Of a stretch of DNA of 64,000 nucleotides, positions 59,433-64,000 are shown one piece after another. This stretch comes from Gammaproteobacteria bacterium (lineage in GTDB: Bacteria > Pseudomonadota > Gammaproteobacteria > Pseudomonadales > Azotimanducaceae), in NCBI GenBank assembly GCA_009845835.1, contig VXYV01000037.1, positions 12,955 to 76,954 on the forward strand, read 5' to 3'. Below the pieces are notes generated by a model. That model was given only the letters and a program-made list of their open reading frames with translations. It had not been told where the DNA came from and searched no databases. Each line of letters begins with the position of its first letter. The first letter of the stretch is position 1. The translations under genes and the position numbers were made by a program.

Positions 59433-60170
59433 TTGCCTTCTATTCAAATAGTCCTGGTAGAACCCTCGCATCCCGGTAACATTGGGAGTACAGCACGAGC
59501 CATGAAAACGATGAACTTGTCTCAGCTTGCTCTAGTGAATCCGAAAAGATTTCCAGATCCACAAGCGGACTGGCGCGCTGCCGGTGCCCTGCTGATCGTC
59601 AAAAATACCCGAGTCTATGAGTCCATAGAAACAGCAGTCTCACAAAGTGTCGTGGTCGCAGCAACAAGTGTGCGTACTCGACACATTTCTTGGCCAACCT
59701 ACACGTCAGAAGAGTTCGCACAAGAAATTTTATCGAATTACGATGCGACTCAACAAGTAAGCATCTTGTTCGGTAGAGAAGACAGCGGGCTGACGAATGA
59801 AGAACTACAACTGTGTAATGTGCAAGTAACTATTCCGAGTAATCCGGAGTACAATTCGTTAAATCTCGCGATGGCAGTGCAGATCATTGCCTACGATTTG
59901 TTCAAATATTCGGTTTTGAAAGATGGGTCAAAAAAATTAGGCGATCTGGTTGAAGTGGTTGAACAACTGGCAACTTTTACCGAAGTGGAAGCCTTTTATG
60001 ATCATTTGTGGCAGGTAATGCAATTAATAGAGTTTTTGGATCCTGACGAACCGAGAGAAGCTGTAGTTCGTCTCCGTCGGCTTTTTGGACGAATTCGATT
60101 AGAGCACACCGAGGTACAAATACTTCGAGGAATTCTTTCTCATTTTGAACGAGCACTCGAGTACAAATGA
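59433..60170 (+). CDS. trmJ: tRNA (cytidine/uridine-2'-O)-methyltransferase TrmJ
   Basis: The SpoU/TrmH N-terminus is [24 protein letters not shown], with [12 protein letters not shown] further on. The start is TTG. Confidence 0.88.
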   Translation: MPSIQIVLVEPSHPGNIGSTARAMKTMNLSQLALVNPKRFPDPQADWRAAGALLIVKNTRVYESIETAVSQSVVVAATSVRTRHISWPTYTSEEFAQEILSNYDATQQVSILFGREDSGLTNEELQLCNVQVTIPSNPEYNSLNLAMAVQIIAYDLFKYSVLKDGSKKLGDLVEVVEQLATFTEVEAFYDHLWQVMQLIEFLDPDEPREAVVRLRRLFGRIRLEHTEVQILRGILSHFERALEYK

Positions 60171-61321
60171 TGTCAAAGCCCTTGCGTCCAATTTACTTTG
60201 ACTATGCCTCTACCACTCCCGTTGATCCTCGAGTGGCACACCGGATGAGTGACTGCCTGATGTTTGACGGTCAATTCGGTAATTCCGCAAGCACTTCGCA
60301 TCACTATGGTTGGGAAGCAAGTGAACTAGTCGAAGAAGCTAGAGAGAACGTAGCCCAGTTGATTGGTGCTAGCCCACTTGAAATTGTTTGGACTTCGGGT
60401 GCTACCGAATCTGATAATTTAGCCATCAAAGGACTAGCACACACTTCTAAGAAGAAGCACATCGTTACCTCTTCTTACGAGCACAAAGCAGTCCTAGATA
60501 CTTGTCGATTTTTAGAAACTCAAGGCTTCCAAGTAACCTATGTCAAGCCGAATTCATCAGGGTTGATTCCACCGGCGTCTATTGAGACTGAGATCAACGA
60601 AAACACATTTTTAGTTTCCATCATGCATGTCAACAATGAAATCGGGACTCAAAATGACATCAAAACGATTGGAGAATTGTGTGCGAAACGAGGAATAAGT
60701 TTTCATGTTGACGCTGCCCAAAGCGTCGGTAAAGTACCTATCAATGTCGCTGACTGTCATATCGATTTATTAAGTCTTTCCGGGCATAAGATTTATGGTC
60801 CGAAGGGTATTGGTGCCCTTTACGTCCGTCGCGATGCAAACTTAAAACTAGAAGCTTCTATCCACGGTGGTGGTCATGAGCGTGGAATGCGGTCGGGAAC
60901 ACTTCCGACCCATCAAATTGTTGGTCTTGGTGCAGCCTCATGGTATTGCTTGCGAGAACTTCCACTAGAAAGTGAACGTATTTTCCGGCTTCGAGGACGT
61001 TTAATCGAACGGCTATGTACCATCGACAATGTACAAATCAATGGCAGTGAAACTGCTTGTGTTCCAGGAATCGTGAACTTTTCCTTTACCGGAGTCGATG
61101 GCGAATCACTGATTAATGCCCTAGACGATATTGCCATTTCCTCTGGTTCAGCATGTACTTCTGCCGCGGTTGAACCATCATACGTACTACGTGAAATCGG
61201 TGTACCCTACGCTCTAGCCGAAGCATCTCTAAGATTTTCGATGGGTCGGTACACGACTGAACAAGATGTTGATTATGTCAGTGAGCGAGTTAGTGAGGTT
61301 GTACGACAATTACGCTTCTAA
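60167..61321 (+). CDS. iscS: Cysteine desulfurase, IscS-like (short C-terminus)
   Basis: The PLP lysine is [10 protein letters not shown] and the catalytic Cys loop is SSGSACTS. Length is 384 aa. It has an ATGA overlap with trmJ. Confidence 0.88.
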   Translation: MMSKPLRPIYFDYASTTPVDPRVAHRMSDCLMFDGQFGNSASTSHHYGWEASELVEEARENVAQLIGASPLEIVWTSGATESDNLAIKGLAHTSKKKHIVTSSYEHKAVLDTCRFLETQGFQVTYVKPNSSGLIPPASIETEINENTFLVSIMHVNNEIGTQNDIKTIGELCAKRGISFHVDAAQSVGKVPINVADCHIDLLSLSGHKIYGPKGIGALYVRRDANLKLEASIHGGGHERGMRSGTLPTHQIVGLGAASWYCLRELPLESERIFRLRGRLIERLCTIDNVQINGSETACVPGIVNFSFTGVDGESLINALDDIAISSGSACTSAAVEPSYVLREIGVPYALAEASLRFSMGRYTTEQDVDYVSERVSEVVRQLRF

Positions 61322-61469
61322 CAAAAGCAAATCTGTCTCTATAATGTTGATGATAGGTTACGCATCCATGCTCTGGTTATTTCGTGACTTTATTACGGAA
61401 TACTTTTCCTTCCAATTTTGGTCTTAGCGGTGTCGTCACGGTGTGGACTGAGATACTAAGTTAATATAC

Positions 61470-61889
61470 ATGGAATACACACTTTCAATCGTTAAACCCA
61501 ATGCAGTCAAGAAAAATGTCATTGGGAAGATCTTTGCACAATTCGAGCAGCATGGATTAAGAATCGTTGCTCTCAAAATGGTTCAACTTTCACTGTCTCG
61601 AGCACAAGATTTTTATTGTGAGCACGCGCAGAAACCGTTTTACAACAAACTTTGTGATTTCATGAGCTCCGGTCCGATCTGTGTTCAAGTTTTACAGGGT
61701 GTAAATGCGATTGAACTGAATCGCCAAATCATGGGTGCTACGGATCCAAGTCAAGCTGAAGCAGGTACAATTCGCGCTATGTACGGTGATAGTTTGGATG
61801 AAAATTCCGTCCATGGTTCGGACTCGCCGACCTCTGCACAGCGGGAGATTCAGTTTTTCTTTGAGTCAGAAGAGATTTTGGTACGATAA
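61470..61889 (+). CDS. ndk: Nucleoside-diphosphate kinase
   Basis: It contains [10 protein letters not shown] and the active-site NSVHGSDS. Confidence 0.96.
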   Translation: MEYTLSIVKPNAVKKNVIGKIFAQFEQHGLRIVALKMVQLSLSRAQDFYCEHAQKPFYNKLCDFMSSGPICVQVLQGVNAIELNRQIMGATDPSQAEAGTIRAMYGDSLDENSVHGSDSPTSAQREIQFFFESEEILVR

Positions 61890-61892
61890 CTT

Positions 61893-63011
61893 GTGACATA
61901 CATACCCACAGAACCAAGAACAAACCCTTACAGTCTCACTAGAAGTGATTGGGAAGAGTTTCTTGCGCCTATAGATAGTCGTTCATATCGTTCCCATCAA
62001 GTGATGAAGTGGATTTATCACAGCCGCGTGACTGATATACATCAGATGTCAAACTTGTCAAAAGTTGTTCGCGATAAACTCGCAGCTATTACTGATTTCC
62101 GAGTTCCAGAGGTAATTAGCGAACAACAGTCGGTGGATGGTACTGTGAAATGGGTGGTGAAGACAATCTCCGGTGGAGCGGTGGAATGTGTACTCATACC
62201 AGATGGTAGTAGAAATACTCTGTGTGTGTCTTCTCAACTCGGTTGTTCATTTGATTGTGAATTCTGCGCTACCGGGAAGCAAGGTTTCGCAGGTAATTTA
62301 ACCGTGGAAGACATCGTTGGTCAGGTCGTCGTGGTTCATGATTGGCTATTACTTCAATCAGAACGCGGTAAGATTTCCAATGTCGTCTTCATGGGTATGG
62401 GTGAACCATTGATGAATTTTGACGCGGTGATGTCAGCTTGCGACATATTCATGGACAATCTCGCTTTCGGTATATCTAAACGACGAGTTACGATTAGCAC
62501 CGTTGGAGTCGTACCACGGATACTTGATATGTGCTCGAGAACCGAAGCATCGCTAGCGGTGTCTTTACATGCACCCAACGATACCCTTCGAAATCGGCTT
62601 GTCCCTATCAATCGAAAATATCCGATTTCTGTTTTATTGGATGCCTGTCGTCAGTATCTAAATTCATTACATGATCGTCGAATCGTTACCATTGAATACA
62701 CACTGATTCAGGATGTTAATGACTCAGAAGATTGTGCGCGTGAACTTAGTCTACTTTTGCGAGATTTTCGTTGCAAAGTCAACCTCATTCCGTTCAATCC
62801 GATTAGGTTAGGGAAATTGAAGCGGTCCTCGGACGATGCGATCAAGAATTTTTACCAAATCTTACTTTCTCAGGGAATAATGACTACTACACGATCTACT
62901 CGAGGAGAAGACATCGACGCAGCCTGTGGCCAGTTAATGGGTGCCTTTAACGACAAAACTCAGCGTAGAGTTAGAAACTATACGCCATCACTTCATGTAT
63001 CGGAAGGTTGA
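61893..63011 (+). CDS. rlmN: 23S rRNA m2A2503 / tRNA m2A37 radical-SAM methyltransferase
   Basis: It has the radical SAM CSFDCEFCATG and GMGEPLMN, with the C-terminal Cys in DIDAACGQL. The start is GTG. Confidence 0.94.
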   Translation: MTYIPTEPRTNPYSLTRSDWEEFLAPIDSRSYRSHQVMKWIYHSRVTDIHQMSNLSKVVRDKLAAITDFRVPEVISEQQSVDGTVKWVVKTISGGAVECVLIPDGSRNTLCVSSQLGCSFDCEFCATGKQGFAGNLTVEDIVGQVVVVHDWLLLQSERGKISNVVFMGMGEPLMNFDAVMSACDIFMDNLAFGISKRRVTISTVGVVPRILDMCSRTEASLAVSLHAPNDTLRNRLVPINRKYPISVLLDACRQYLNSLHDRRIVTIEYTLIQDVNDSEDCARELSLLLRDFRCKVNLIPFNPIRLGKLKRSSDDAIKNFYQILLSQGIMTTTRSTRGEDIDAACGQLMGAFNDKTQRRVRNYTPSLHVSEG

Positions 63012-63017
63012 AATCAC

Positions 63018-64000
63018 GTGAACAGCCAATCTGAAGATCAAAGTTCGTCCTCGCCAGTTCCGGCATTTGGTGAACTTCTACGACAAGCGCGTGAAGAACG
63101 TGGAATTTCGATTGAACAGTTGTCGGAACACACACGTATTTCTCGACAACATATTTACGATCTCGAAAACAATGATGCATCGGGAATTTCTTCTTATGGT
63201 TATGTCATTGGGTATTTGAACACTCTTGCAAATTTCCTAGCCATTGATGCCGATGCGGTGATCAATGCGTTTAAGGTAGCAAGTAATCAAGATACTCGAA
63301 CGTCCACTTTAGAAGAATTTGTCGAACCTCAAGCGACTGGAGGGCTTCCCAAAGATTACTCGAAAGTGTTGCTCGTCTCGGTGTTGAGTATCCTTGTACT
63401 CGCGATTGGGGCGGTTCTTGCTTATTGGTTCCTTGTTATGCAGAAAGAGCAACAGGATGATTCACTATCTTCTCGGGAAGACGTTACTGAAGAACTGTCA
63501 GATCCCAGTGAGGTTGAAGAGATTCGCGAAAACCAAGATATTTCGCAAACGAAGCCAGCTGAAGAAAATGGTCAGTACAGTGTAGAGGACGCTTTAAAAG
63601 ACTTTGTTAATAACCGAGAGAACGCAATTAATGACGAAACAACACTTCCCAATGACAGCACTGTTCTACAGGTACCGTTAGGCGATGATTTTTCATCAGA
63701 TAACGTTCAAGTTTTTCCATTTCAAGTACCAACAAACGGAGAAGTATTCAATACTGACTTAGATCAAGAAGATACTCATGAGTTATCCGTCGAAGATCAG
63801 ACCGTAGAGGACGACGAACTTAACGAATCAGTTGTAGAAAGCGAAGGAGCAGAAGACGGCGAAGCCTTAGTTTTCGAATTCGCTGAGGAATCGTGGTTGG
63901 TTGTCCGAGATGGTGGTGGCAATATTTTGGTAAATGGTGTTCAAGCGGCAGGTTCGACGCTTGAACTTGATGGTGAACAACCATTTTCGATTCGTTTAGG
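63018..64000 (+). CDS. rodZ: Cytoskeleton protein RodZ (5' part; runs off the window)
   Basis: Absent from the track because it has no stop in the window. My translation from GTG 63018 gives an HTH (FGELLRQAREERGISIEQLSEHTRISRQHIYDLENND), a TM helix (VLLVSVLSILVLAIGAVLAYWF), an acidic linker and the start of the DUF4115 domain (ESWLVVRDGGGNIL). It follows rlmN as usual. Confidence 0.85.
   Translation, partial: MNSQSEDQSSSSPVPAFGELLRQAREERGISIEQLSEHTRISRQHIYDLENNDASGISSYGYVIGYLNTLANFLAIDADAVINAFKVASNQDTRTSTLEEFVEPQATGGLPKDYSKVLLVSVLSILVLAIGAVLAYWFLVMQKEQQDDSLSSREDVTEELSDPSEVEEIRENQDISQTKPAEENGQYSVEDALKDFVNNRENAINDETTLPNDSTVLQVPLGDDFSSDNVQVFPFQVPTNGEVFNTDLDQEDTHELSVEDQTVEDDELNESVVESEGAEDGEALVFEFAEESWLVVRDGGGNILVNGVQAAGSTLELDGEQPFSIRL

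Overview
This is a dense (roughly 90% coding) chromosomal segment of a moderately AT-rich Gammaproteobacterium. I infer a Pseudomonadales-like marine lineage from a FabY-type ketoacyl synthase, a long-form Pol III psi subunit, a SutA-like peptide, and four synteny blocks: rpsT/murJ-ribF-lspA, queA-tgt-yajC-secDF, suhB/trmJ-iscS-ndk-rlmN-rodZ and lptFG/holC-valS. I call 57 CDS (one is a speculative small ORF) and 2 tRNAs (Pro-CGG, Leu-CAA). I saw no rRNA, CRISPR, IS/transposase, integrase or phage genes. The ORF track omits two real genes because they run off the window edges: a DUF58 gene at 1..1284(-) and rodZ at 63018..64000(+). Several track starts are too far upstream, and I re-called them (ispB, rplU, ribF, lspA, ilvC, tgt, secF, qor). 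Most of the window is housekeeping. Four parts deserve a second look. (1) A 1640-aa single-chain biotin carboxylase has the unusual domain order CT-alpha / ~500-aa unknown linker / CT-beta / BC / BCCP and sits divergent from a moaB-thiolase-fabY string. (2) A six-gene translationally coupled membrane cassette (RDD-SpoIIM-DUF4129-DUF4350-MoxR-DUF58) has no known function. (3) A 1402-aa envelope protein is visibly an internal tandem duplication of a signal/beta-domain/TM-bundle module. (4) Two orphan secreted proteins, one carrying an HELLH motif, lie in a stretch downstream of tRNA-Leu. Smaller oddities are a SuhB homolog with degenerate phosphatase motifs, an orphan C-terminally short IscS without iscRUA-hscBA-fdx, a quinone oxidoreductase with no canonical start codon, and missing ileS and pepA in otherwise conserved blocks. 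All domain calls come from motif recognition by eye. No searches or computations were run.
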